Positions 48,039-57,030 are shown, counted from the first letter of the stretch. The stretch: 64,000 nucleotides of DNA from a virus (IMGVR_UViG_3300046804_001245:1-64000); one strand, 5' to 3'. A program made the numbers and translations. Notes: generated by a model from the sequence alone, not told the origin.

Positions 48039-48267
48039 GATATTATGCTATAGCTGTAGCAAGAGCAAGCATAAATTAAATGCAAAGAAGTCCTCTTTGC
48101 TTCCGATTAATTTATTGATGTGCGAGACCTGCATCAATTCTAAATTGGAGCCACGCTGGGTAATTATTTTGGCGGGAAGATCAAATGGCGCCGATCATGT
48201 CAGGGAATTTGTTCTTAAAAAGCGCTATATAGGAAATGAAATATCTGCGTCTGAACTATTAGTTTAG
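48031..48267 (+). CDS. Zn-binding hypothetical protein
   Basis: CYSC...CETC..EPRW. Confidence 0.55.
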   Translation: MDKILCYSCSKSKHKLNAKKSSLLPINLLMCETCINSKLEPRWVIILAGRSNGADHVREFVLKKRYIGNEISASELLV

Positions 48268-48295
48268 ACCTATTTAACGGTATAATTAATCTATT

Positions 48296-48604
48296 ATGGA
48301 TTATACCTCTATTGTTTTGGCTATTTCTGCCGCCGTATTAAGCGGTATGGGTACGGCAATTGTGGCGGGGCTAAAAGAAAATAAAAGGGAAAAAACAAGG
48401 CGGCAAGAGCGGGAACAAGATCATCTTAAATTAGAGGTAAAAGACCTTAAAATTGAATTATATAAGCTTGAAAAAGAGCTGACAGACTGGAAGGATAAAT
48501 ATTATTCCTCTATCCAGGAATTAATCCAGGTTAAATCAGAGCTTGAAAATGCCCTTGTACAATTAAATATAATTGAATTGCAGGATGTAGACTCGGAATA
48601 TTAG
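48296..48604 (+). CDS. membrane-anchored coiled-coil protein
   Basis: N-terminal TM then heptads. Confidence 0.6.
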   Translation: MDYTSIVLAISAAVLSGMGTAIVAGLKENKREKTRRQEREQDHLKLEVKDLKIELYKLEKELTDWKDKYYSSIQELIQVKSELENALVQLNIIELQDVDSEY

Positions 48605-48623
48605 AAATAGTACAATAGGGTAT

Positions 48624-49193
48624 ATGACCTGTATCGTAGCCCTATCTTCTGGGAACAAGGTATTTCTTGGAGGAGATTCTGCCGCATCAGATGAAAAGTC
48701 TGGTTTAATACTTCAAACAACAGATCCTAAAGTTTTTAGAGTGGGACAGTTTGGCGTAGGCTTTGTTGATTCTTTTAGAATGGGACAAATTTTACAATAC
48801 AACTGGACTCCGCCAATTTATAAGCCGACGGCAGGATATAAAAATTTAGATAAATTTATGCGTACTAAGTTTGTTGAATCTGTCAAAGAAGCTTATCAAG
48901 AACACGGATATGGAAGATTTGGTACAAGCGCTGGTGAAGATGGCGATGAAGGTGGAATTATAATTATTGCAGTACAAAATACTGGAAGAATATTTATTAT
49001 GGATGTAGACTATCATGTTGCTGAAGTTGATGTTGAATATCTTGCAGAAGGAAGCGGACAGCAAGTAGCGCTAGGATCTTTATTTTCCACGTCTACAATA
49101 AAGACTCCACGAAAGCGTGTAAGGATGGCTTTAGAGGCATCAGCCAAGTTCATAATGAGCGTAAGAGGCCCCTTTACAATTATAGAGGTCTAG
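48624..49193 (+). CDS. Ntn-hydrolase, HslV/proteasome-beta-like protease
   Basis: MTCIVA (Thr nucleophile), GGDS, KVF, GSG..ALG. Confidence 0.75.
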   Translation: MTCIVALSSGNKVFLGGDSAASDEKSGLILQTTDPKVFRVGQFGVGFVDSFRMGQILQYNWTPPIYKPTAGYKNLDKFMRTKFVESVKEAYQEHGYGRFGTSAGEDGDEGGIIIIAVQNTGRIFIMDVDYHVAEVDVEYLAEGSGQQVALGSLFSTSTIKTPRKRVRMALEASAKFIMSVRGPFTIIEV

Positions 49194-49208
49194 GAGTATA
49201 ATAGACAT

Positions 49209-49562
49209 ATGAAGTGGCTGAATCGTTTAGCCGCCCTACTGTTTGGATTAATTACAGTAGGATTAATAAGAGACTTCCTAGATAAGCATACTGTTATTGT
49301 ATTTGACAATCAGGAAGAAGATGAAGAGGATGAAGAAGTGGACGACATATTAAATCTTAAACCAGATAACTATGATAATGCCATGGATCTTCGTGGAACG
49401 CCGACTCATGTCTGTGCCTGCGGATGTAACATCTTCAACTTAAAAGTAATTTTTAATGAGAATGAAATCGCAACTTACTTCCTTGACATGGAATGTGCAA
49501 ATTGCGGCAGTCTCGCTACTGCTCCAACGCCAGTAGACTACATAGAAGGATTAGATAATTGA
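49209..49562 (+). CDS. membrane-anchored Zn-ribbon protein
   Basis: TM N-terminus, CACG...CANCG. Confidence 0.55.
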   Translation: MKWLNRLAALLFGLITVGLIRDFLDKHTVIVFDNQEEDEEDEEVDDILNLKPDNYDNAMDLRGTPTHVCACGCNIFNLKVIFNENEIATYFLDMECANCGSLATAPTPVDYIEGLDN

Positions 49563-49741
49563 GAAAATCAGAAAGACTTAGAATTGCAGAATTAGAAATA
49601 ATTAGACTTACCTACGAAATAGAATATGTAAAAGCCATGTTGTCAGCAATCATTGAGGTTGGCGGAATGAAAGCCCCAGAGATGGATGCTGGAAAATGGT
49701 ACGCAAAGAAACCAAATAGACCAGATATTCCTAACAACTAG
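49559..49741 (+). CDS. hypothetical protein
   Basis: TTGA overlap. Confidence 0.5.
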   Translation: MRKSERLRIAELEIIRLTYEIEYVKAMLSAIIEVGGMKAPEMDAGKWYAKKPNRPDIPNN

Positions 49742-49779
49742 TATTGACGATCTAGTTGTCATTTAGTAGAATAGGCAAC

Positions 49780-50697
49780 ATGAATAAAAAACTAATGGCG
49801 GCTGTTGTAGCCTTAATTACAACTATCACATCAATCAATATGGTTCAGGCTAATCAGCCTGCTCCTGCAACGGTGGCAATTCTTGATACAGCTTTGAACG
49901 CAAATTTACCAGTGTTTAAAGATAGAATTGTTTATGAAGTATGTATTTTAGAATGGAATTCATGCCCAAATGGATCTAATTTTATGGAGGGTCCAGGAGC
50001 AGCATATATGCCATTATCACAAATGGTGGCAAATGGCTTTGATCATGGAACTAAAATGGCACATGCATCAGTATCAACTAATCCAAATATTGGAATTGTA
50101 TTCGTAAGGATTGTTGGAGCCACTTCAACTGGCGTAAGACAGATATACAATGAGGAAACTTTTGTTAAGGCTTTAAATTGGGTAAACGCAAACAAGTCTA
50201 AATTTAATATTCAGGCTGTGGCAATCTCTCAAGGACATCATAATTTAGCGCCTTTGGCTAATTATTGCCCAACAACACCAAATACTGTAAGTGCTATATC
50301 AACACTTGATTCGTCAGGAGTACCTGTTTTTATTGCTGCTGGTAATATGCGTGATCAAAAGCGTGTATCTTGGCCAGGTTGTATTAGTCAAGCAGTAACT
50401 GTATCTGCAACTTCAGTTACAGACGGAATTGCAGTTTATTCTAATTACGATTCTAATATCACAGATATGTTTGCTCTTGGTAGATTAAGACTTATTAATC
50501 CTAGTGGATATTTTTTCAACGAAGACGGCACGTCTGTTTCGGTACAAGTTGCAGCAGCAGTTTATGTTGGACTTAAATCAAAATATCCTTCATACACAAA
50601 ACAACAATTATTAGATTTGATTAAATCAAAATCCTACCCAGTAAAAAGTAAAACTATTTCAGGGTATGTTGTAAGCAAGGATATTTTAAATGGCTAA
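49780..50697 (+). CDS. secreted subtilisin-like (S8) serine protease
   Basis: Signal peptide; VAILDT, DHGT, AAGN, GTS; start reassigned to ATG 49780 after TTGACG-N17-TAGAAT. Confidence 0.8.
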   Translation: MNKKLMAAVVALITTITSINMVQANQPAPATVAILDTALNANLPVFKDRIVYEVCILEWNSCPNGSNFMEGPGAAYMPLSQMVANGFDHGTKMAHASVSTNPNIGIVFVRIVGATSTGVRQIYNEETFVKALNWVNANKSKFNIQAVAISQGHHNLAPLANYCPTTPNTVSAISTLDSSGVPVFIAAGNMRDQKRVSWPGCISQAVTVSATSVTDGIAVYSNYDSNITDMFALGRLRLINPSGYFFNEDGTSVSVQVAAAVYVGLKSKYPSYTKQQLLDLIKSKSYPVKSKTISGYVVSKDILNG

Positions 50698-50902
50698 TCA
50701 AGTCACCGTATTAGAAGGAATAATCGGAGACGTTGCAATTGCGTTATATCAGAAATGGTATAACGCAATGCCATTAGAAGAAAGAAATGAAATGGCAGAA
50801 GCAGCGTTGAAGAAAAATGCACAAGAAAGCACATTATTTGTTATCCAAATGTTTATGGATAAATTCAACCAAGCAGCAGAAGAATTAAAAAATCAAGACT
50901 AG
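50690..50902 (+). CDS. hypothetical protein
   Basis: Coupled ORF. Confidence 0.55.
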   Translation: MANQVTVLEGIIGDVAIALYQKWYNAMPLEERNEMAEAALKKNAQESTLFVIQMFMDKFNQAAEELKNQD

Positions 50903-50939
50903 TATTGACTAGCCTTATACTATTTAGTAAGATAGGACT

Positions 50940-51425
50940 ATGCAAACATTTTTACCAGAGGCGGACTTTGCAAAGACTGCTAAACATTTAGATCGTAAGC
51001 GTCTTATTAAGCAAAGCGTAGAAAATCTTCAGGTCCTCAAGTCTCTTGCAGGATATTATAATGAATCAGGCGCATGGGTGAATCATCCAGCCGTCAAAAT
51101 GTGGGAGGGCCATGAAGATTGGCTGTTCCTATACAATGAAGCCATCGTAAAAGAAATCATTATGCGTGGCTATAAGAATAGTACACGAGATACATTCGAC
51201 CAGATCTATCAGGAAAATTTCCTTATGCTGGAATCAGATGAGCCTTGGTGGCTAGGAGATGAGCGTGTACATTATTCTCATAAGGGAAGGTTATACGAAA
51301 AGGACCCAGAAAAGTACTATTTCTATTCGGAGTTTGCGGACTATCGTGAACTAGGGTATACTTGCTGTGAATCTTGCAGTTACTACTGGCCAACTCATGC
51401 GGAGGATACAGATGAATCTAACTAG
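50940..51425 (+). CDS. pyrimidine-dimer DNA glycosylase-like protein (MSMEG_6728/DenV-related)
   Basis: MQTFLP, LD.KRL.KQ..E, NHPAVKMW, PWWLG...SH...KDP..Y. Confidence 0.8.
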   Translation: MQTFLPEADFAKTAKHLDRKRLIKQSVENLQVLKSLAGYYNESGAWVNHPAVKMWEGHEDWLFLYNEAIVKEIIMRGYKNSTRDTFDQIYQENFLMLESDEPWWLGDERVHYSHKGRLYEKDPEKYYFYSEFADYRELGYTCCESCSYYWPTHAEDTDESN

Positions 51426-51714
51426 TGAAACCTTTAGTAAAGCTTTAAATGACAACAAGATACTGATTGTAGATTTTTGGGCGGATTGGTGTGGGCCTTG
51501 TTTAAAGGTTGCTCCAATATTAGATGAGATAGCAAGTGAGTACAATGTATCAATTGCTAAAGTTCATGTAGATGAACAACAAGATTTGGCTACAAAGTAC
51601 GACATATCTACAATACCAACATTAATGGTATTTGAAAATGGAGTACCAGTCAAAAAAGTGGTTGGCGCACAGCCTAAACACAAACTCGTGAAAGAGTTTG
51701 AAGGATGGATATAA
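51412..51714 (+). CDS. trxA: thioredoxin
   Basis: VDFWADWCGPC, IPTL, VGA. Confidence 0.92.
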   Translation: MNLTSETFSKALNDNKILIVDFWADWCGPCLKVAPILDEIASEYNVSIAKVHVDEQQDLATKYDISTIPTLMVFENGVPVKKVVGAQPKHKLVKEFEGWI

Positions 51715-51938
51715 CATTTAGTGAATGGATGACATACGGGATTGAAAAAGGTTGGTGCGGACCCCCAGTATGTTATACCCATGACGGACTACCAATGTCT
51801 GAGCAAGAGTTTGCAGAGTTTGATGAAGGTCAAGATCCTTGCATGCATATTGTTCGAATGTACGAAGACATTGAGATGAAACAAAGTATAGAGGATAACC
51901 ATTCCCCATCAAATTGGCGGAATTCGTACATAAAATAG
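51705..51938 (+). CDS. hypothetical protein
   Basis: GWCGPPVC.THDG..DPC.H. Confidence 0.6.
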   Translation: MDITFSEWMTYGIEKGWCGPPVCYTHDGLPMSEQEFAEFDEGQDPCMHIVRMYEDIEMKQSIEDNHSPSNWRNSYIK

Positions 51939-51984
51939 ATTTCTGGTCTACAATGGGTCAGAATAAAAAAGGAGAAAAAATTAA

Positions 51985-53136
51985 ATGAAATCATTTAAGA
52001 AAATAGCTCTCGCCATGGTTGCAGCCATGACACTGGGCACCCTTGGAGTGGCACCTGCAAATGCCGCCCCTATGACAGTTGCTTTGACTGTTAATGGTAG
52101 CGCCCCTGCAACAGCGGGAACAGCCACAACAACTGCTGTGGAGCTTCCAGTTCCATCAGATAATTCTGTTGATGCTGCTGATGCTCTAAAGTTTGTAGTT
52201 ACAGTAGATACAGGTACAGCCGTTGCGGTTTCTGCAACAAATGCCTCTATCGTACTCGCAACAGCAACTGCTGCTGCTCCAGTAACTGCTGCTAGTGGAT
52301 CTGCTTCAACAACAATTGCAACTGGAACAGGAACAACTGCTACATTCTTTGTTTTTACAAAGACCACCGCAGTAGGAACTGTTTCCATTACAAACCAAGG
52401 TGAAACTAAGGTTTATTATGTACAAGGTGCAGTCGGAAAGATCAATGATATTTCAGTATCTGGTCTTGACGTCGGTGCTTCTGGTACACAGGTGACGCTA
52501 ACAGTTACCGCTAAGGATGTATTCGGTAATAAGGTTTCTGGAAAGTCAATTACAGCAGTAGTTGCTAACGGAACTCTTGATACGACAACTGCCACAACTG
52601 GCACTGGTCTAGCAGACTTTGGTGCCCGTGATTTTAAGGTTACACTTCCAACCAATGGTTCGGCTGCTGTAATTTTTTCAGTCACAAACTCTGCTGATTT
52701 GGCAACTGCTGTAACTGGTTTTAATACCGTTACTTCATCTGTTGCAAAGAATATTGCAGTTCGTGACCTTGCTGCAGAACTTACTGCTGCGCTTGCTGCC
52801 AAGGCTACTGCTGAGGCTGCTTTAGCAACAGAGAAGTCTGCTCGTGCTGCCGACGCTGCTGCTGCTGCAACTGCTGCTGCAACTGCCAAGGCTACTGCTG
52901 ATGCAGAAATTGCAACACTTAAGGCAGAGGTTGCAACACTTAAGGCTAATGCAGTAACCGCTAAGCTTGCTGCTGATAAAGCCCTATCCGATGCCGTTGC
53001 TGCTAAAGATGCTGAAATTGCAAAATTAAAAGCAGATAACTCTGCTGCTCTTGATGCAATTAAAAAGGCATTCAATGCACTTGCTGCAAAATGGAATAAG
53101 GCTAATCCAAAAGCCAAGGTTGCTCTCGTAAAGTAA
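51985..53136 (+). CDS. secreted Ala/Thr-rich surface (S-layer-like, Ig-like) protein with C-terminal coiled-coil
   Basis: Signal MKSFKKIAL...APANA, VTAKDVFGN, Ala-rich heptads; strong SD and own terminator. Confidence 0.7.
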   Translation: MKSFKKIALAMVAAMTLGTLGVAPANAAPMTVALTVNGSAPATAGTATTTAVELPVPSDNSVDAADALKFVVTVDTGTAVAVSATNASIVLATATAAAPVTAASGSASTTIATGTGTTATFFVFTKTTAVGTVSITNQGETKVYYVQGAVGKINDISVSGLDVGASGTQVTLTVTAKDVFGNKVSGKSITAVVANGTLDTTTATTGTGLADFGARDFKVTLPTNGSAAVIFSVTNSADLATAVTGFNTVTSSVAKNIAVRDLAAELTAALAAKATAEAALATEKSARAADAAAAATAAATAKATADAEIATLKAEVATLKANAVTAKLAADKALSDAVAAKDAEIAKLKADNSAALDAIKKAFNALAAKWNKANPKAKVALVK

Positions 53137-53150
53137 TCTAATTAAATACT

Positions 53151-53182
53151 GGGGCAGGACTGAGGTCTTGCCCCTTTATTTT
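53151..53182 (+). terminator. intrinsic terminator
   Basis: GGGGCAGGAC-TGAG-GTCTTGCCCC-TTTATTTT. Confidence 0.85.
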
Positions 53183-53202
53183 ATAAATGATAGAATAATA
53201 TG

Positions 53203-53331
53203 GTGGAAGAATACTTACAAGAAAAAGTCCGACGGGACATAATAAAAGAAATAAGTAATCTTGAACTTCCAAATGAATGGAAGCCACAACAAGTGATTGA
53301 TTATATAATCAGAAAGATAAATAAAAAATAA
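53203..53331 (+). CDS. hypothetical 42-aa protein (leaderless)
   Basis: TTGCCC-N17-TAGAAT then GTG 6 nt later; TAATG coupling to next gene. Confidence 0.45.
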   Translation: MEEYLQEKVRRDIIKEISNLELPNEWKPQQVIDYIIRKINKK

Positions 53332-53531
53332 TGTGGAATAAAATAAAGAATTGGCTACTTCCAAAAGAGGAAGAGTTTAAATATAATGTATTAGTTCAGG
53401 CTGAACCTGAAAGAAAGGTGGTAGTCGTGAAGAAAGCAGCAGCAAAGAAGCCAGCAGCAAAGAAGAAGGCTCCTGCAAAGAAGTCTCCTGCAAAGAAGAC
53501 TGTAAAGAAGTCAACCCCAAAGAAGAAGTAA
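53331..53531 (+). CDS. histone H1/HupB-tail-like basic protein
   Basis: KKAAAKKPAAKKKAPAKKSPAKK. Confidence 0.65.
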   Translation: MWNKIKNWLLPKEEEFKYNVLVQAEPERKVVVVKKAAAKKPAAKKKAPAKKSPAKKTVKKSTPKKK

Positions 53532-53669
53532 ATGGGAAAGCACCACGATAAAATAGCGGCATCTCTAGAAATACGCCGTAGGAATCATAAGGGTCCAGGC
53601 GGTAAAGTCCCAGGCTCTATGAATAAAAAGAAGACTGGATATAACCGTGTAAAGGCTAAGAGATCATAG
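53532..53669 (+). CDS. small basic protein
   Basis: MGKHHDK...PGSMNKKK, 45 aa. Confidence 0.5.
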   Translation: MGKHHDKIAASLEIRRRNHKGPGGKVPGSMNKKKTGYNRVKAKRS

Positions 53670-53671
53670 CA

Positions 53672-53794
53672 ATGGAATATGTAGAGATCTGTGAATTGAA
53701 GGGTTGTGAAAACGAGGCAACTCGCATCAGCAGCACAGAAACTAAATATATTTTGATTTGTGACGACTGTTGGCATGAATTGTATAAGAAATGA
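53672..53794 (+). CDS. small Cys protein
   Basis: C....C...CDDC, 40 aa. Confidence 0.5.
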   Translation: MEYVEICELKGCENEATRISSTETKYILICDDCWHELYKK

Positions 53795-53947
53795 TAGATA
53801 AAATATCGAATATGATCTGGAGGGCTGTAGAAAAACTCTATAGCCTCCCAGACGACCTCTTCGACTTTGAAGATGACGAAAATGATATAATAGATGAATG
53901 AGCGGATTTCTAGACCCGCTTAAATACAACCTATAGGAGATATAAAA

Positions 53948-54097
53948 ATGTCAGACGGAATGAATATGACTGGTTTTAACCAGACAGGAGAGCAATCAGG
54001 ATCGAATAATATCGATGCCAAGTACGCTCCAAACCCAGCTTCAGCTTTTCCAGCTAAAGATGTATCAAACCAAGCAACAGCACAAGGCCCAAAGTAA
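53948..54097 (+). CDS. small hypothetical protein
   Basis: TGATATAAT promoter, 5' hairpin, AGGAG SD. Confidence 0.55.
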   Translation: MSDGMNMTGFNQTGEQSGSNNIDAKYAPNPASAFPAKDVSNQATAQGPK

Positions 54098-54098
54098 T

Positions 54099-54254
54099 AT
54101 GTGCGTTGAATGTGGATGCGAAAACGTCGGTAGCCAAACAGGAATGGCAAAGATTCCTGGCGGTATGCTAGATGTTACAAGGGATGGAGAAGCAGGTCTT
54201 ACCCTAAATATGACTGCAACCCCAGAACAAAGAGAAAGATTTATTAATGAATAA
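54099..54254 (+). CDS. small protein MCVECGC
   Basis: Start reassigned from 54015 to ATG 54099. Confidence 0.5.
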   Translation: MCVECGCENVGSQTGMAKIPGGMLDVTRDGEAGLTLNMTATPEQRERFINE

Positions 54255-54456
54255 TGGTACAGGAATGGAGACTCCTCCAAACAGCCAACCATCAGGTGCT
54301 GTAACTTCTCAAGAAGCAACGAGGAAAAATCCAAGTCAAGGTAGATTTAAGTCTGGAATCCAGGATAAGAGAACTATGAAAATAGATCGCAATCGTCATG
54401 GTATCCGCAGAGAAACTACCGTAGGTCCGAAGAAAAGCAGACCTAAGAAAGTATAA
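54247..54456 (+). CDS. basic hypothetical protein
   Basis: Coupled ORF. Confidence 0.5.
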   Translation: MNNGTGMETPPNSQPSGAVTSQEATRKNPSQGRFKSGIQDKRTMKIDRNRHGIRRETTVGPKKSRPKKV

Positions 54457-54588
54457 AGGATTCCCCCGCTAATGGCCTTTGGTTGTGGTGGGGGAACTTA
54501 TTATGTGTAAAGAATGTGGTAATTGTAGCAAAGAGCACGATAAAACAATCGATGACTCTATAGATGTAACGGAAGCGTTAGGTTTATA

Positions 54589-54807
54589 ATGGATTTGCAG
54601 GCGGCAGAAACAGCTCACAAAAGAGATGATAAGGCGGAAGTAAAAAAGGATTGGGCATGTCCTTGTAATGGATGTGCAAAGGCGGTAAAGCAAGAGCGGA
54701 AAAGAATATTAGATGAACTTGATAAAATAGATACAGTTAAACTTAATGGATTAGGAATGAAGATCCTAGTTCAAGAAATGCTTACCGCAGGGAATAAAAA
54801 GAAATGA
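54589..54807 (+). CDS. hypothetical protein
   Basis: CPCNGC motif; coupled. Confidence 0.5.
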   Translation: MDLQAAETAHKRDDKAEVKKDWACPCNGCAKAVKQERKRILDELDKIDTVKLNGLGMKILVQEMLTAGNKKK

Positions 54808-54959
54808 AAAAATATCTATTTAGATGTAAGACATGCAATACTATTATGTCCATTGAAACAGAGCTTGAAGATAGCAAAATTCATTTAGTTCCACCATGTC
54901 CATGCGGAAAGTCAAGAATGGACTGGCTGGGCTCGGATGCATACAAATACGGCGTGTAG
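54804..54959 (+). CDS. small Zn-ribbon protein (not in ORF track)
   Basis: CKTC...CPCG. Confidence 0.5.
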   Translation: MKKYLFRCKTCNTIMSIETELEDSKIHLVPPCPCGKSRMDWLGSDAYKYGV

Positions 54960-55134
54960 ACACGTCTACGAAATTATAGGAGAGCCTATCTGCCCAGATT
55001 GCGGTAGAGATACTCACGAGACAGATGGGGCCCTCCACGCCCGTTTATTCAAGGAGTACTACGACTCAGACGCACCTAAAGCCTACAAATGCCCAATAGA
55101 AGGCGGCACAATACGTGGCTGGTGGTCTATTTAA
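54937..55134 (+). CDS. small Zn-binding protein
   Basis: C.H...CPDCG.DTH. Confidence 0.5.
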   Translation: MHTNTACRHVYEIIGEPICPDCGRDTHETDGALHARLFKEYYDSDAPKAYKCPIEGGTIRGWWSI

Positions 55135-55214
55135 CTATTGACCTATCCTAATATATATTATATACTACTCAATACGCTCAAAAGTGAAGCGGCAAGTGCG
55201 GCGAAAGAGAGAAC

Positions 55215-55694
55215 ATGTTCGATTATAAATCGGCAATGGAATCGGGCCATGCCTTCAATAAGATCGTCGCTATGCGACTAGAATCAGAAGGAATATCGGC
55301 GGAAGTTCCAGAGTTCTCATTTGCTCAATCAAAGGAAGAAATAAAGGACTATACTCTCAACGATAAGGATGTAATTGTCGGAGATAATGTCATTGAGGTC
55401 AAGAGTCGTAATCTTTCATTTAGCGATAACCCAGATTCATTTCCATATGATGATTTGATCATAGATACAGTTTCAGGATATGAGGCAAAAGATCCAAAGC
55501 CAATTGCCTATGTTATGGTTAGTCAGGTAACAGGTGGCATGTTTATATTTCCTACAGCCTTTGCCAAATCTTGGCGGGTGGAGAGAAAATATGACAGATA
55601 TCGCAAGCATGAGGATAATTTCTATTTAGCTCCAAAAGAATTGGCTAGGCCTTTTAGTCAACTAGTAAATAAATTAAGGGATACAAATGTCTAA
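55215..55694 (+). CDS. PD-(D/E)XK nuclease-fold protein
   Basis: D...IEVKSR; promoter TTGACC-N17-TATACT at 55138-55166. Confidence 0.55.
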   Translation: MFDYKSAMESGHAFNKIVAMRLESEGISAEVPEFSFAQSKEEIKDYTLNDKDVIVGDNVIEVKSRNLSFSDNPDSFPYDDLIIDTVSGYEAKDPKPIAYVMVSQVTGGMFIFPTAFAKSWRVERKYDRYRKHEDNFYLAPKELARPFSQLVNKLRDTNV

Positions 55695-55836
55695 GTGGAT
55701 GTGGTATGACTTTTTCGGACGAGAATGGCAGGGATTTTGCGCTTCCTGTCGTAAAGAGCTTTTTGCGCCCACTAGGGCAGATTTTATAACCAATCGGTTA
55801 TATCATACGAGAAATGAATGTGGAGGCGGATATTGA
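55687..55836 (+). CDS. small protein (not in ORF track)
   Basis: 49 aa, CASC..H...C. Confidence 0.45.
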   Translation: MSKWMWYDFFGREWQGFCASCRKELFAPTRADFITNRLYHTRNECGGGY

Positions 55837-56225
55837 GAAACTTTCTTGATGATTCGATTGTAGAGCATAAATCAAGACCACCTTTGCGATGGATCGCAAA
55901 TTGGGCGGGATCAATAGCGTCCAAGAATATGCTAGAGCTATCCTATATGGAAGATGAAGGCTTAGATAAAGGATTTAGATATAAGTATTATGGATGGCTA
56001 TGGGATACATTCTGGCCAATCTACAGCAAATACGGAACCTTCTATAGGTTAAATATGGACATGTCTGGTCCTGGCTGGGATGACTATGATGAGAATGGAG
56101 TTCCATACTGGGAAAAGACTGGGACGGTAGACCCAGATTATGACTATGATGAATTTCACTGGGACTATATCGATGAAGAGACAGGCGATGCATTTAAGGT
56201 AATAAATTTTGGCGGGAAAGAATGA
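55818..56225 (+). CDS. hypothetical Trp/Asp-rich protein
   Basis: ORF track; start uncertain. Confidence 0.5.
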   Translation: MWRRILRNFLDDSIVEHKSRPPLRWIANWAGSIASKNMLELSYMEDEGLDKGFRYKYYGWLWDTFWPIYSKYGTFYRLNMDMSGPGWDDYDENGVPYWEKTGTVDPDYDYDEFHWDYIDEETGDAFKVINFGGKE

Positions 56226-56289
56226 AATACGCCCTATTAATCCTCCTAGCTATATTCATTATCCTTAATTACTTTGCATGGCTACAACA

Positions 56290-56568
56290 ATGAGTTATCC
56301 ATTACCCAAAGATCCCCAAATTGCTGCTTACTTACAGCATCTGAAAGAGAGAGATATTAAGCAGGCTTCAGTATGTGAATATTGTAAATCTCAGTCAACT
56401 GGAATAAATTCGGACGGGTACAGAATAATCTTCGTCTGTAATAATCACTATATACCAGATAACCCTAATGTAGTACATAGAGTATATCCACAGGGTTTGC
56501 CAGTAAATCCAGATATGATGGATCCAAATATAGGTGGTAGCTTTGTCCCAAAAAATTCACCAGAATAA
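56290..56568 (+). CDS. hypothetical Zn-binding protein, last + strand gene
   Basis: CEYC...VC..H; start 56278 or 56290. Confidence 0.5.
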   Translation: MSYPLPKDPQIAAYLQHLKERDIKQASVCEYCKSQSTGINSDGYRIIFVCNNHYIPDNPNVVHRVYPQGLPVNPDMMDPNIGGSFVPKNSPE

Positions 56569-56630
56569 GACCTAACATCTCCTATTCCCCCCACCTTTTC
56601 AGAGCCTATAAAGGCTATTCTAGCCCTTTT

Positions 56631-56670
56631 ATAGTGGTGTATAGTGGAGCATTGTGGAGCAAAGTGGTTA
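56631..56670. repeat. four 10-bp-phased GTGG boxes
   Basis: ATAGTGGTGT ATAGTGGAGC ATTGTGGAGC AAAGTGGTTA. Confidence 0.8.
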
Positions 56671-56737
56671 TCATATAATAACGAAATGTTATTGTATTAT
56701 ATTTAAATTGATATATGAGTAATTGAACCCCATTTAT

Positions 56738-56790
56738 CATATGGTCGTAATGTTGTCAATAGCGCATATGTTCCAGGATTTGTCAATAGC
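56738..56790. repeat. 27-bp-period tandem CATATG-N9-TTGTCAATAGC x2
   Basis: 56738-56763 and 56765-56790. Confidence 0.7.
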
Positions 56791-57030
56791 TCTCGTAAAT
56801 AGGCGATTTCGCCCACAAATACGAGATAAATTTTGACAGATTTTGGATTAAATTGGATCTATTTTGATCTATTATTATAACATTTTGTTATATTCTTTGA
56901 GATATTGATCAAACTTTGAGGGATTTTCTACATGTTCTCGTAAAAGCGCATTCTTGCCCGCTTTTATTTAACACAAAAGGGGCAAATCGGACATATAGTC
57001 CAATTCACCCCAATGGTGTATTATGTTTAT

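Noticed and set aside
52416-53117. 233-aa antisense ORF
   Set aside because: Shadow of the Ala-rich GCT/GCA codons of 51985-53136; no SD or promoter
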